Of a DNA stretch of 64,000 nt, positions 28,100-38,478 are shown piece by piece. Position numbers and translations under genes: made by a program. Under the pieces are notes generated by a model. The model did not search any database. It saw nothing but the letters and a program-made list of their open reading frames with translations, and was not told the DNA's origin. Each line of letters opens with the position of its first letter. Position 1 is the first letter of the stretch. Location of the stretch: NCBI GenBank assembly GCA_044344255.1, contig JBIJDH010000004.1, forward strand, positions 426,632 to 490,631. Reading direction: 5' to 3'. The stretch is from Myxococcota bacterium. Its GTDB lineage: Bacteria; Myxococcota_A; UBA796; UBA2385.

Positions 28100-30583
28100 A
28101 TGGCCCCGCACCCGACCTCCCGCTCCCCGTTGCCTGCGCCCCACCTGCTGGTCAGCGCCCTCCTCATCGGCTGTGCGAGTGAAGACTACGTCCGGCTGTA
28201 CCACACCGAGACGATGGCCCCCTCGCTCTCGTGGTCCGACATCGAGACCATGGACTTCATGGGCCCGAAGATTATGGACAAAGGTGTGAACTTTGTCGTG
28301 TACTCGGAGCGGGCTGAGCGGATGGAGCTCCTGCTCTTTGATGATCCCGAGAGTGATCTCCCCACCTTTCAAGTGGAGCTCCAGAACAACGGGGGGCCGC
28401 TGTGGAGCGCCTATGTGGAGGGCGTCGGGGTCGGTCAGCACTTCGGGTACATCGCGTGGGGCCCGAATTGGACCTACGATCCGGACTTCTATGCTGGGTC
28501 CACCATCGGATTCCTCGCCGACGTAGACGCATACGGAAACCGATTCAACCCGAATAAGCTTCTCTTTGACCCATGGGGGAAGGCGCTCCACCGCGACTTC
28601 GACTGGTCGAAGGGTAGCTCGGCCAGCGGCCCCGATCGGTACCAGTCTACCTACGCGGCGGCCAGCAAGACGGTCATCCTCCCAGAGGACGAGGTCGATC
28701 GGGTCGACACCTATGACTGGAGCGCTGACGAGGCCGACTGGCGGGCCGCGCGGGAGGCGAACACGCTGAGCGGCCATGACTGGAACGAGCTCGTGATCTA
28801 CGAGGTCCATCCGAAGGGCTTCACGAAGAACCCCGACAGCGGTGTGGAGCACACCGGCACCTTAAGGGGAATGGGGGAGATGGCTCCGTACCTCGCGGAT
28901 CTCGGCATCACGGCTGTGGAGCTGATGCCCATCCATTCGAAGCCCGCCGACGGCGGATACTGGGGGTACAACAACCTCAGCTTCTACGCGCCGGAGAACA
29001 CGTACTCCGCCTCCTTCGCCGCTACGGGTGACCCCCGGGGCACGCTGGACGAGTTCCGCTGGATGGTAGACCAGCTTCACCAGCACGGCGTGGAGGTGAT
29101 CCTCGACGTGGTCTACAACCACACGGGGGAGGGCGGCCTCTGGCGAGAGCGCCTGTATTTTGAGAGTGACTCCGCGCAGGAAGAGGTGAATTTCGACCCC
29201 AAGGAGGTCGCCGGCCTCTACTCCTATCGCGGCCTCGACAACGCGGCCTGGTACGCGCTCACCGAGGATGGGCAGTACTACATCAACAACACCGGCGTGG
29301 GCAACGAGACCCGCTGCAACCACGGCCCGATGAACCGGCTCATCCTCGACACGCTCCACTTCTATGTCGAGGAGCTGCATGTCGATGGCTTTCGCTTCGA
29401 TCTGGCCGGCATCCTGGGCGAGAAGGACCTCGACTACAACACGCCCACCGACACCTCCACCACGGTCCTTCAAGAGATCGTCGATGATGCGATCCTACAG
29501 CGGTACAATACACGCCTGATCGCCGAGCCCTGGACCGCCGCCGGCACCGGGCCGGGCATCGGCGGCTTCCCGATGTCGACCACCAAGGAGGGCTACGGCT
29601 GGGCCGAATGGAACGCGCACTATCGCGACTGGTGGCGCTCCTTCGTCAACAATGACGACTGGCGCCTGAACAGCACGGAGGGGGTGGATGGTGGCGCCGT
29701 GATCACTGGCTCGGAGGCCGTCTACGGTTGGAACGGCCGCAAGCCCTACCACAGCGTCAACTTCGTCACGGTGCACGACGGCTTTACCCTCTACGATCTG
29801 TTCAGCTACGAGCAGAAGCAGAACGGGTGCGGCTTGCTCAACCCGATCTGCTGTGATGATCCGACCAGCGCCTGGTGTGACGATGACTCCGGCGAGAGCA
29901 ACAACCGGTCTCGGAATTGGTACGATGAATCGGTGAAGCGCCAGATGATGCGCAACCAGTTCACCGGCATGTTCATCTCGGCTGGCACCCCGATGATCCT
30001 CGGCGGCGACGAGTGGATGCGCACGCAGCTCGGCAACAACAACGCCTACAGTGACGGGGCCGACAACGCCTGGAACTGGTTCCGCTGGGGAGAGTGGCGC
30101 AACAGCTACGCCTGGAACCGCCACCGAATGCACGACTTCGTCAGGGATCTCACCCGGCTGCGACGAGAGCACGCGGCCGCGCTCGCCCCGAGCGAGTATG
30201 GCGGGGGAATGCCGCTCGCCTGGAAGGACGCTGACAACAGCGACATGGCGGCGGAGGACTGGTCGGGGCACCGTTACGTCATGATGCACTATTATGACGA
30301 TGGCAATTTCGCGGGTGAACGCGAGCTCTTGATCCTTGTGAACATGGACCGCTCCGACATCACCTTCTCGCTCCCCGAGGGGCGGAGCTGGCAGCGGCTG
30401 GTAGACACCCAGGCTTGGTTCGACCTGCCTGGCGATCCTTCGGAAGAGGGCGGGTACTTCAGCGAAAACACCGGCGCCGACCCCTACTCCAGCATGAACA
30501 TCACCCTCGACGAGCCGATCGCCGTCGAGGGGAGCAGCTACGGCGTCGTGGCCAATTCCATCGTGATCCTGGAAGAGCAATAG
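28100..30583 (+). CDS. GH13 isoamylase / glycogen-debranching enzyme (GlgX-like), predicted lipoprotein
   Basis: CBM48-like N-terminus (GVNFVVYSERAERMELLLF), NPNKLLFDPW, IYEVH, YWGY, and GH13 regions DVVYNH, GFRFDLA, EPW, FVTVHDGFTL; lipobox LLIGC. Confidence 0.9.
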   Translation: MAPHPTSRSPLPAPHLLVSALLIGCASEDYVRLYHTETMAPSLSWSDIETMDFMGPKIMDKGVNFVVYSERAERMELLLFDDPESDLPTFQVELQNNGGPLWSAYVEGVGVGQHFGYIAWGPNWTYDPDFYAGSTIGFLADVDAYGNRFNPNKLLFDPWGKALHRDFDWSKGSSASGPDRYQSTYAAASKTVILPEDEVDRVDTYDWSADEADWRAAREANTLSGHDWNELVIYEVHPKGFTKNPDSGVEHTGTLRGMGEMAPYLADLGITAVELMPIHSKPADGGYWGYNNLSFYAPENTYSASFAATGDPRGTLDEFRWMVDQLHQHGVEVILDVVYNHTGEGGLWRERLYFESDSAQEEVNFDPKEVAGLYSYRGLDNAAWYALTEDGQYYINNTGVGNETRCNHGPMNRLILDTLHFYVEELHVDGFRFDLAGILGEKDLDYNTPTDTSTTVLQEIVDDAILQRYNTRLIAEPWTAAGTGPGIGGFPMSTTKEGYGWAEWNAHYRDWWRSFVNNDDWRLNSTEGVDGGAVITGSEAVYGWNGRKPYHSVNFVTVHDGFTLYDLFSYEQKQNGCGLLNPICCDDPTSAWCDDDSGESNNRSRNWYDESVKRQMMRNQFTGMFISAGTPMILGGDEWMRTQLGNNNAYSDGADNAWNWFRWGEWRNSYAWNRHRMHDFVRDLTRLRREHAAALAPSEYGGGMPLAWKDADNSDMAAEDWSGHRYVMMHYYDDGNFAGERELLILVNMDRSDITFSLPEGRSWQRLVDTQAWFDLPGDPSEEGGYFSENTGADPYSSMNITLDEPIAVEGSSYGVVANSIVILEEQ

Positions 30584-30584
30584 C

Positions 30585-32093
30585 GTGAAGCCGCTTCGTC
30601 CGGGCCGCCGGCCCCTCGACCTGCTGGTCGCCCTCAGCCTGTGTTGGCCCGCCCTCCGTCCGAGTGAGGCGCTCGCCGGCCGCGCGGAGGTGGGCGGCTA
30701 CCTCCGCCTCGGCGCGCGTCCAGACCTCCAGGGCGGTGACGGCCGCCTCGGCTACTGGAACCTCTACGGCCGCCTCCTCAACGAGGGGCCCTACGCCGCA
30801 CTGGAGTTTAAGTTCGACGCCTTGGAGGTCCAACCCCAGCAGAAGACCCCATGGGCCTCCCTGCACCTGAAGGTTGAGGGGGGGAGCATTCGAGGCGCCG
30901 ACGCTGGCGGTGGTGGCCTCGCCAACTTTCGGCTGTCGCAGGCCTATGTCCAAGCAGGGAACGTGCTCCTCCCTGACCTCGTGTGGCAGGTGGGCAGCCT
31001 CGACACGTGGTTCGGGGACCTCGGCCTCTACGACATGCGTCCAGCCGAGATCTTCTACAACACCGTCGGCATGAGCGCCCGCCTTCGAAAGGAGCGGGTT
31101 GATCTCCTGCTCGGCTTCGGTGACTCCGGATACGGCATCCGGGGCGCCGAATACAGCACCATCCTCACGCCGGGCGGCACCCTCCGGGTCCGGCTCGGTG
31201 ACCATGTCGAGCTGGGCACGGGGGGTGAGCTCCGCCTCGAGCCGGCGGTGAAGGGGAACCGGCGAGCGCCTTACGCTACGCCGGGCCTCGGCTACGAGGA
31301 GTGGGTGAGGGGGGAGGTGGTGGAGAGCTTCTTCGCCGCCAACCCCGGACGAGACCTCGAGTTTCCCGATCCGGTCTCCCGTTCGAATCGGTCGTGGAAG
31401 GCGGTGGGCTACCTCGGCTTCGGCGGCTTGGGCCCGCTCTCGTGGAACAACACCTTCATCTCGTACGAGCGGGCCCACCCGATGGCCACCACGGAGGAGC
31501 AGTGGCAGGGAGAGACCTACACCCTCTACGTGGCAGATCTCACCGACGAGCGTGACGTGCTGCTGATCGGCGATGAGATCCAAGTCGCGCTGTTGCCGCG
31601 ACGCCTCGATCTCGCGCTCGCCGGCCTCTATGGTGACCACTCCGACGGCGACAACGACATCGTCCCCTCAGACGCCGATCGGAGCTACGTCTCTGGCGTC
31701 CTGCGCCTAGAGGCGAACCTCACGGAGACCGTGCACTGGCTCGGGGAGACGAGCCTGGCTCGCGAGCGGTCGCGGAACGGGAACGCCTATCGGGAGCACG
31801 CCGACTCCATCTTCGCGAACACCGAGGGGCGGCCGGACTCCCGCGGATTGGAGTCGGGCGACACCGACACGCGACACACCTGGCAGGGCAAGACCGGCTT
31901 CGTTTTCAACCCGCTGGGCCCGGGCATCTACACGAGGCCCTCTCTTCGTCTGTTGTATGGCGCGCAATACTCCAACCAGAACAACGCGTTCGGGAACAGC
32001 TTCGTGGAGAACATCGATCAGTACAACGAGTTTGGGAACGTGGAGCGACATTGGCACCACCTGGTCGCGCTTGAGACGGAGGCCTGGTTTTGA
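30585..32093 (+). CDS. LamB/maltoporin-like carbohydrate porin
   Basis: Signal peptide; GYLRLG, YGRLLNEGPY, QAYVQAGNV, RPSLRLLY and terminal ETEAWF parallel the LamB motifs GY.R.G, RLGNE, RP.IR and E.WW. Confidence 0.7.
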   Translation: MKPLRPGRRPLDLLVALSLCWPALRPSEALAGRAEVGGYLRLGARPDLQGGDGRLGYWNLYGRLLNEGPYAALEFKFDALEVQPQQKTPWASLHLKVEGGSIRGADAGGGGLANFRLSQAYVQAGNVLLPDLVWQVGSLDTWFGDLGLYDMRPAEIFYNTVGMSARLRKERVDLLLGFGDSGYGIRGAEYSTILTPGGTLRVRLGDHVELGTGGELRLEPAVKGNRRAPYATPGLGYEEWVRGEVVESFFAANPGRDLEFPDPVSRSNRSWKAVGYLGFGGLGPLSWNNTFISYERAHPMATTEEQWQGETYTLYVADLTDERDVLLIGDEIQVALLPRRLDLALAGLYGDHSDGDNDIVPSDADRSYVSGVLRLEANLTETVHWLGETSLARERSRNGNAYREHADSIFANTEGRPDSRGLESGDTDTRHTWQGKTGFVFNPLGPGIYTRPSLRLLYGAQYSNQNNAFGNSFVENIDQYNEFGNVERHWHHLVALETEAWF

Positions 32094-32764
32094 TGCGTCT
32101 CACCTCCCACGCCTCTCCAACCCCGAGGCCGCGAGCCGCGTCGTCCCAGGGCCGATGGGGTAGCTCCGGCCTCGCGGTCCGCTGCCTCCACGCCTTCCTC
32201 GTCCCGCTCTTCCTCATGGTCTCCCTGGCGGGCTGTCCCCCGCGGTCGGGCGCGGCCTTGCGGGCCGCGTCACCGACCCCGGTGATCGTCGCTTCGGTGC
32301 TCGACCTCCCCGGGCGCCCTCCGACGGGCCTCCCGGGAGCGCTCAGCGCCGCGATCCGCGCCGACCTCGTGGCCCGCAACCTGGTGCCCACCGAGCTCAC
32401 CCTCGTCGAGCTCGGTCCGGCCTTCGCCACGCGCCGCCTCAGCCCTCACCGCCTCTCCTGGCTGCTGGAGGGCGGGCGTGGCAAAGGCGGGCTCGTGCTC
32501 CTGATCGAGTCCGACGTCCAGTTTTACTCTCAGCTCGCCGGTCGTTATCGCTGGACCGTGCACAGCCGGGTGACGTTGTCCCCCGTCGATGTTCCCGGGG
32601 CCGCGGTCAGCTCCGAGCTCTCCGCACCGGTCTTCCTTCAGTTCGACCATGAGCGGGAGGCCGAGGCGCTCGTGGCGGCCGCGGCGGTCGTGGAGCGGCA
32701 GGTCGGGGAGCTGCTGGACAGCTATCTCGGTGGAATTGTAGGGTCTATGCCGATCGACGGCTGA
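32090..32764 (+). CDS. Hypothetical lipoprotein
   Basis: Start overlaps the porin stop; hydrophobic stretch ending in lipobox SLAGC. True start uncertain. Confidence 0.6.
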   Translation: MMRLTSHASPTPRPRAASSQGRWGSSGLAVRCLHAFLVPLFLMVSLAGCPPRSGAALRAASPTPVIVASVLDLPGRPPTGLPGALSAAIRADLVARNLVPTELTLVELGPAFATRRLSPHRLSWLLEGGRGKGGLVLLIESDVQFYSQLAGRYRWTVHSRVTLSPVDVPGAAVSSELSAPVFLQFDHEREAEALVAAAAVVERQVGELLDSYLGGIVGSMPIDG

Positions 32765-32974
32765 GCTCCGTCCCAGCCTCGCCGACGGCTTGGTCACGGA
32801 ATTGTCACGATGTGTCAGGCTCCTTGGTGTCGGTGGCTGGTCGCCAAGTGGAGGCAAAATTCGTTGTAAGGTCGTGGAACGTCGGCGCCGCCCGGTCGCC
32901 TCAGGGCCCTCCTCCCGGCCTGCGGTTCGCCCATCCTCATCTTGAAACCCCCTCTCTCGTGCCCCGGAGCTCCC

Positions 32975-35900
32975 ATGTCCAAGCAGACCCCCCAACGCGC
33001 GATCCTGGTCCTCTTCGGCCTGTGCGCGGTGCTGCCGGCCGCTGGCTCCACGCTCACGCTCAACGGCACGGTGCGGGACTTCACCCCCTGGACCAACGCG
33101 GACTTCGAGTACAAGCTCGGAGACGACCGCGGGATCGTCACGGACACCCTGGGCGCCGATGGCAAGCCGGTCTACGACAGCTCGGCCACCCACAAGACGG
33201 TCCATAGCAAGACGACCTTCGATCAGTGGTTCAACGACGTCTCCGGCGTGAATCAGTCCACGGACTTCGCGATCACGCTCACGGCGTCCTCGACGACCGG
33301 CGTCTACACGTATTCGGACTCCACGTTCTTCCCGATCGACGGCCAGCTTTACGGGAACTATGGGACCTACAGTCATAACTATCATTTCACCTATGAGGTG
33401 ACCTCCTGGTTCACCTACCTCGGTGGCGAAACCTTCACCTTCACCGGTGATGACGACCTCTGGGTTTACATCAACGGTGTGCGCGCGATCGATCTTGGTG
33501 GTGTCCACGGCGCAGAGTCGGAGACCATCGATCTGGACGCTGTGGCCGCTGACCTTGGCATCGTGGTGGGGGGAACGTACAGCTTCCACCTGTTCTTCGC
33601 GGAGCGCCACACGGTGGCGTCGCACTTCCGCATCGACACCACCATCGAGTTTGCCCCCGAAGACTGCGGTGACGGCCGCGACAACGATGCGGACGGCGAC
33701 ATCGACGGCGACGACTCCGACTGCTGGGTCTGCGGCGACGGAGACGTCGATCCGGGTGAGGGCTGTGACGACGGCGACACCACGACCGGCGACGGATGTT
33801 CGTCCGCCTGCGACATCGAGGACGCGGACGGAGACGGCCACAGCGATCCCGTCTACGGCGGCGACGACTGTGATGACTCCGACGCTAGCGTGAACCCCGA
33901 CGCGACGGAGGTCTGGTACGACGGCGTCGATCAAGACTGCGACGGCGCCAGCGACTACGACCAGGACGGCGATGGTGACGACGCAGAGGCCTACGGTGGC
34001 ACCGACTGCGATGACCTCGACGCCACGGCCTACGGCGGCGCCGTGGAGGTCTGGTACGACGGCGTCGATCAGGACTGTGACGGCGGGGACGACTTCGACC
34101 AGGATGGCGACGGCTACATCGAAGGGATCGAAGGTGGCGACTGCGATGACACCGACGCAAGTGTGAACCCGGGGGAGGCGGAGACTTGGTACGACGGCGT
34201 GGATCAGGACTGCGACGGCGGTGACGACTACGATCAGGACGGGGACGGGTACACGTCTTCGACCTACGGGGGCACCGACTGTGACGACACCGACGCCGGC
34301 GTGAACACGGACGCGACCGAGACCTGGTACGACGGCGTGGATCAGGACTGCGACGGCGGTGACGACTTTGATCAGGATGGTGATGGTTACGCCTCGTCTT
34401 CATACGGCGGGACCGACTGCGACGACGCCTCGGCCTCGGTGCACCCCGGCGCTGCCGAGGCTTGGTACGACGGCGTGGACCAGGACTGCGACGGCGGCAG
34501 CGACTATGACCAGGACGGGGATGGATTCGACTCCGCTTCGTATGGTGGCGATGACTGTGACGACGTGAGCGGCTCCACCAACCCTGGCGCTGCGGAGACC
34601 TGGTACGACGGCATCGACCAGGACTGTGACGGCGGAGACGACTTTGATCAGGACGGCGATGGCCACGCCTCGGCCGCATTCGGCGGAGATGACTGCGACG
34701 ACACCGATGGCTCCGTCAACCCTTCGGCTGAGGAGACCTGGTACGACGGTGTGGATCAGGCCTGCGATGGCGGCGACGACTTCGACCAGGACGGCGATGG
34801 CGACGTCGCGTCGGCCTACGGCGGCACCGACTGTGACGACACCGACGGATCGGTCTACGGCGGCGCCACGGACACCTGGTACGACGGCGTCGACAGCGAC
34901 TGCGCGGGAGATGACGACTACGATCAGGACGGCGACGGGTACACCTCCGCGGAGTACGGCGGCACGGACTGTGACGATCTCTCGGCCACCATTCATCCGG
35001 GGGCTACCGACGCCTGGTACGATGGCGTAGACGCCGACTGCGCCGGCAACAGCGACTACGACCGGGACGGTGACGGCTACGACTCTGCCGCATACGGCGG
35101 AGACGACTGCGGTGACCTGAACCCCTACAAGCACCCGGGCGCCACTGAGACCTGGTACGACGGCAAGGACCAGGACTGCGACGGGCACAGCGACTACGAC
35201 CAGGACTTCGACGGGTATGACTCGGTCGCATACGGCGGCACCGACTGTGACGACCGCGACGACACGGTCTCTCCGGCAGCGGGTGAGGTCTGGTACGACG
35301 GAGAAGACCAGGACTGTGATGGCCTGAGCGACTTCGACGCCGATGGCGACGGGTTCGACAGCGCCGACTACGGCGGCGAGGATTGCCTCGACTCCGACGA
35401 CACCGTGCACCCCGACGCCGTCGAGGTCGACGGGGACGGCGTCGATCAGGACTGCACGGGCGTGGACGGTGGTGTGGACACCGACGGTGATGGGCTCACC
35501 GATGAGGACGAGCTGGTCGAGGGCACCGACCTGCTCGTCCCCGACACCGACGGCGACGGCCTGCTGGATGGAGAGGAGATCCTCTCCGGGGCTGATCCGC
35601 TGGTCGAGGACACCGACGGTGACGGCCTGTTGGACGGCGAGGAGGTGCACACCTACGACACCGATCCGACGCTGACCGACACCGACGGCGACACCATCGA
35701 AGACGGAGAGGAGGTCTTCGAGACCGGCACGGATCCCGCCCTGGCGGACACCGACGAGGACGGCCTCACGGACGCCGAGGAGCTCTACGAGACCGGGACG
35801 GACCCGCTGCTCTCGGACACGGACGGCGGCGGTCGCTCGGACGGCGATGAGGTCATCTGGGACGGCACCGATCCCTTCGTCGGCTCCGACGACGTGCTCG

Positions 35901-36961
35901 ACACCGACGAAGACGGCCTCTCCGACTACTACGAGACCTCGACCTCCTACACCGACCCCGGCGTCGCCGACTCCGACGGGGACGGCCTCAGCGACGGCGA
36001 GGAGGTCAAGACGACCGGCACCGATCCCCTCGTTGAAGACACGGATGGGGACACCCTGAGCGACGGAGCGGAGGCGGGCGAGGGCGGCTACGGCACGGAT
36101 CCCCTGTCGGGCGATACGGACGGAGACGAGCTCGGCGACGAGGTCGAGGTGGCGACCGATGGCAGCGGCAGCGGCACCGATCCGGTGGTCGCCGACACCG
36201 ACGGTGACGGCCTTTCGGACGGCGCCGAGGCGGGTGACGGCGGGACGGGCACAGATCCCCTCGTCGAGGACACGGACGGCGACGGGCTGACCGACGGCGC
36301 CGAGGCGGGTGACGGGGGGACGGGCACAGATCCCCTCGTCGAGGACACGGACGGCGACGGGCTGACCGACGGCGCCGAGGCGGGCGACGGCGGGACGGGA
36401 TCGGATCCCCTCGTCGAGGACACCGACGGCGACGGGCTCACCGACGGGGAGGAGGCCGGTGAGGGTGGGACGGGTACGGACCCCTTGAAGGAAGACACCG
36501 ACGATGGCGGCGTCGGGGACGGCGACGAGCTCAGCACCGGGACCGATCCCTTCGATCCCTCCGATGACCTCTCCGGCGGGACCGACGGCACGGACGGGAC
36601 CGACGGCACGGACGGGACCGACGGCACGGACGGGACCGACGGGACCGACGGCACGGACGGCACGGATGGGACCGACGGCACGGATGGGACCGACGGCACG
36701 GACGGGACCGACGGCGTCGATCCGAACGGAGACACCGGCGGTGGGACCGAGACGGGCGAGAACGGCGCCGGTGGCGACGACTCGAGCGGCGGTGACCTGG
36801 GTGACACGGGCGGTCTCGCGGAAGATCCCCGGGAGCAGGATCCCGACGGGAAGGGCTGCGGCTGCGCCTCGGCGGAGGGCGAGGGCGCCCCTGCCGCAGC
36901 CTGGTACGCGCCGCTCCTCGGCGGTCTCCTGGCCTTCAGCGCTCGTCGCCGTCGGTCGTAG
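32975..36961 (+). CDS. Surface protein: fibro-slime (PA14-like) domain + Cys-rich repeat + about 12 metal-binding-motif repeats + about 15 DTDGDG repeats + (TDG)n + MYXO-CTERM
   Basis: Signal peptide; VRDF...FDQWF...FFPIDG...HNYHFT...[15 protein letters not shown]...DLGGVH...FFAERH (fibro-slime); CGDG.V...EGCDDG; C-terminal GCGCAS...[22 protein letters not shown] before ATG 32975. Confidence 0.9.
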   Translation: MSKQTPQRAILVLFGLCAVLPAAGSTLTLNGTVRDFTPWTNADFEYKLGDDRGIVTDTLGADGKPVYDSSATHKTVHSKTTFDQWFNDVSGVNQSTDFAITLTASSTTGVYTYSDSTFFPIDGQLYGNYGTYSHNYHFTYEVTSWFTYLGGETFTFTGDDDLWVYINGVRAIDLGGVHGAESETIDLDAVAADLGIVVGGTYSFHLFFAERHTVASHFRIDTTIEFAPEDCGDGRDNDADGDIDGDDSDCWVCGDGDVDPGEGCDDGDTTTGDGCSSACDIEDADGDGHSDPVYGGDDCDDSDASVNPDATEVWYDGVDQDCDGASDYDQDGDGDDAEAYGGTDCDDLDATAYGGAVEVWYDGVDQDCDGGDDFDQDGDGYIEGIEGGDCDDTDASVNPGEAETWYDGVDQDCDGGDDYDQDGDGYTSSTYGGTDCDDTDAGVNTDATETWYDGVDQDCDGGDDFDQDGDGYASSSYGGTDCDDASASVHPGAAEAWYDGVDQDCDGGSDYDQDGDGFDSASYGGDDCDDVSGSTNPGAAETWYDGIDQDCDGGDDFDQDGDGHASAAFGGDDCDDTDGSVNPSAEETWYDGVDQACDGGDDFDQDGDGDVASAYGGTDCDDTDGSVYGGATDTWYDGVDSDCAGDDDYDQDGDGYTSAEYGGTDCDDLSATIHPGATDAWYDGVDADCAGNSDYDRDGDGYDSAAYGGDDCGDLNPYKHPGATETWYDGKDQDCDGHSDYDQDFDGYDSVAYGGTDCDDRDDTVSPAAGEVWYDGEDQDCDGLSDFDADGDGFDSADYGGEDCLDSDDTVHPDAVEVDGDGVDQDCTGVDGGVDTDGDGLTDEDELVEGTDLLVPDTDGDGLLDGEEILSGADPLVEDTDGDGLLDGEEVHTYDTDPTLTDTDGDTIEDGEEVFETGTDPALADTDEDGLTDAEELYETGTDPLLSDTDGGGRSDGDEVIWDGTDPFVGSDDVLDTDEDGLSDYYETSTSYTDPGVADSDGDGLSDGEEVKTTGTDPLVEDTDGDTLSDGAEAGEGGYGTDPLSGDTDGDELGDEVEVATDGSGSGTDPVVADTDGDGLSDGAEAGDGGTGTDPLVEDTDGDGLTDGAEAGDGGTGTDPLVEDTDGDGLTDGAEAGDGGTGSDPLVEDTDGDGLTDGEEAGEGGTGTDPLKEDTDDGGVGDGDELSTGTDPFDPSDDLSGGTDGTDGTDGTDGTDGTDGTDGTDGTDGTDGTDGTDGTDGTDGTDGVDPNGDTGGGTETGENGAGGDDSSGGDLGDTGGLAEDPREQDPDGKGCGCASAEGEGAPAAAWYAPLLGGLLAFSARRRRS
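33860..35460 (+). repeat. 138-bp (46-aa) intragenic tandem repeat, about 12 copies
   Basis: TGGTAC (WY) recurs at 33914, 34052, 34187, 34325, 34463, 34601, 34739, 34877, 35015, 35153 and 35291: a 138-bp period with one 135-bp step. Confidence 0.9.
36190..36490 (+). repeat. 75-bp near-identical tandem repeat ([25 protein letters not shown])
   Basis: GATCCCCTCGTCGAGGACAC at 36254, 36329 and 36404. Confidence 0.9.
36575..36714 (+). repeat. 9-bp period repeat encoding about 15 TDG triplets
   Basis: Read directly: gggaccgac/ggcacggac alternations. Confidence 0.9.
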
Positions 36962-37039
36962 CCGGGACCGGCGGTCGGCCGGCCACCGGGCGCGCCGACA
37001 ACGGCGCCCTCGGGGGTCGGTTCGCCCGGTCGTGGTGGA

Positions 37040-38413
37040 TCAGCGCTCGTCGCCCTCGAGGTAGCCCAGCGCCTTCAAGCCCTCCATCGTCTCGTCGTCC
37101 ATCTCCGGGGTGCGGAAGGGGGGCGCAGCGGCGTCCCAGGCTTGGAGGAGGCGGTCGAGGCGGGCGAGGCGCTCCGGATCGTCTGTCACGGGGGTTTGGG
37201 TCGCGTCCAGGCGGTAGAGCCGGGGCGTCGAGTCGAGCAGGGGGGCGCGGATGAGCAGGTGCCCCTCAGCCGAGACCGCGCGCTCGAAGGGCAAGTTCGG
37301 CCAACGGTCGGTGGCCGCCAGCTCGTGGGGCTTGGTGGCCTCGAGGAAGGCGGGCGGGCCGGCCTCCGCGGCTCCACCCCGCCAGAAGAGGGAGAGGTCC
37401 TCTCCGGTGCCGAGCGCGGGGCCGAGGCCGGTGAGGGAGGCTACTGTCGTCCCGACGTCTTGCAGGCGCACGGGCCGCTCCACGACCAGGCCGGCGGGCG
37501 TGGCGAAGCGACCCTGACCTGCGATGAGCAGGGGTACGTGCGTGGCCACGAGGTCCACGTCGGGCCCGTGCCGATACGGGCGGGCGGGTTCTTCGTCGAA
37601 GACTTCGCCATGATCGGCCATCAGCACCACGAGGGAGTCTCGCAGCATCCCGCGGTCCCGGAGGCCGTCGAGGAGCCGCCCGAGGTGTCGGTCGACGGAG
37701 TTGACCTCTGCGAGGTAGTGCCCTCGGGCCTGCGCGGCGTCCGCCGGGCTGAGGAAGCCGCGGATGGCCGCGGTGGTGAGGTAGGTGATGCCGTCGATGT
37801 CTCCGTCGGCCTTGCCGTCATAGTTGGGGTCGACGAAGGCGGCGCGGGTGTCGTCGTCGGCGCTGTCCCAGGGCATGTGCGCGTCGTAGTAGTGAACGAA
37901 GAGGAAGAGCGGCGCGCCGGGTGTGCGCCGATCGACCTCGTCGAGGGCCACCCGATTGACCGTCTCGGCCGAGACCTCGTATTGCCAGAAGGTGTGGCGC
38001 CAGGCGTGGTCTTTGTAGACGCGGAAGCCTCGGTCCAAGCCCATCTTCTGTTCGAGGGCGGCCGAGCCCACCACAGCGATACGATCCCATCCGGCCGACG
38101 CGAACCGCTCCGTGAGCAAGGGCAGCCGGGAGGGGAGGGGGAAGCCGTTTCGGACGACCCGGCTCCCGTGGGTGTCCTCCCCCGAGAAGGCGGCGGTGTG
38201 CGCCGCGAGGGTGGTCGGACAAGGCGAGAGCGCCCAGGCGAAGCGCACCCCCGACACCGCGAGGGCGTCGATGTTCGGGGTCTTGCCGTCGGGCGAGCCC
38301 CAAGCGCCCACGGCGTCGGCGCGGGTGGTGTCGAGGCTCACCACCAGCACCACCGGCGCCGGTGGCGGAGGGGCAGCGGTCTCGCAGGCGAGGAGGAGCA
38401 GCAGCGGCAGCAC
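37040..38413 (-). CDS. Sulfatase-like (alkaline phosphatase superfamily) lipoprotein, Thr at the nucleophile position
   Basis: Lipobox [49 protein letters not shown]-terminal LKALGY. Confidence 0.85.
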   Translation of the reverse strand: MLPLLLLLACETAAPPPPAPVVLVVSLDTTRADAVGAWGSPDGKTPNIDALAVSGVRFAWALSPCPTTLAAHTAAFSGEDTHGSRVVRNGFPLPSRLPLLTERFASAGWDRIAVVGSAALEQKMGLDRGFRVYKDHAWRHTFWQYEVSAETVNRVALDEVDRRTPGAPLFLFVHYYDAHMPWDSADDDTRAAFVDPNYDGKADGDIDGITYLTTAAIRGFLSPADAAQARGHYLAEVNSVDRHLGRLLDGLRDRGMLRDSLVVLMADHGEVFDEEPARPYRHGPDVDLVATHVPLLIAGQGRFATPAGLVVERPVRLQDVGTTVASLTGLGPALGTGEDLSLFWRGGAAEAGPPAFLEATKPHELAATDRWPNLPFERAVSAEGHLLIRAPLLDSTPRLYRLDATQTPVTDDPERLARLDRLLQAWDAAAPPFRTPEMDDETMEGLKALGYLEGDER

Positions 38414-38478
38414 GCGCAGAGGGTAGCGCGCCCACCGCCGCCGCGGAAGTCCGGGCCCCCGCAGGCGCGGAGGTGGGT

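Noticed and set aside
33860..36714. Regularly spaced repeats considered as a CRISPR array
   Set aside because: The repeats are in frame, vary at third codon positions, lack unique spacers and lie within a CDS; no cas genes are present.
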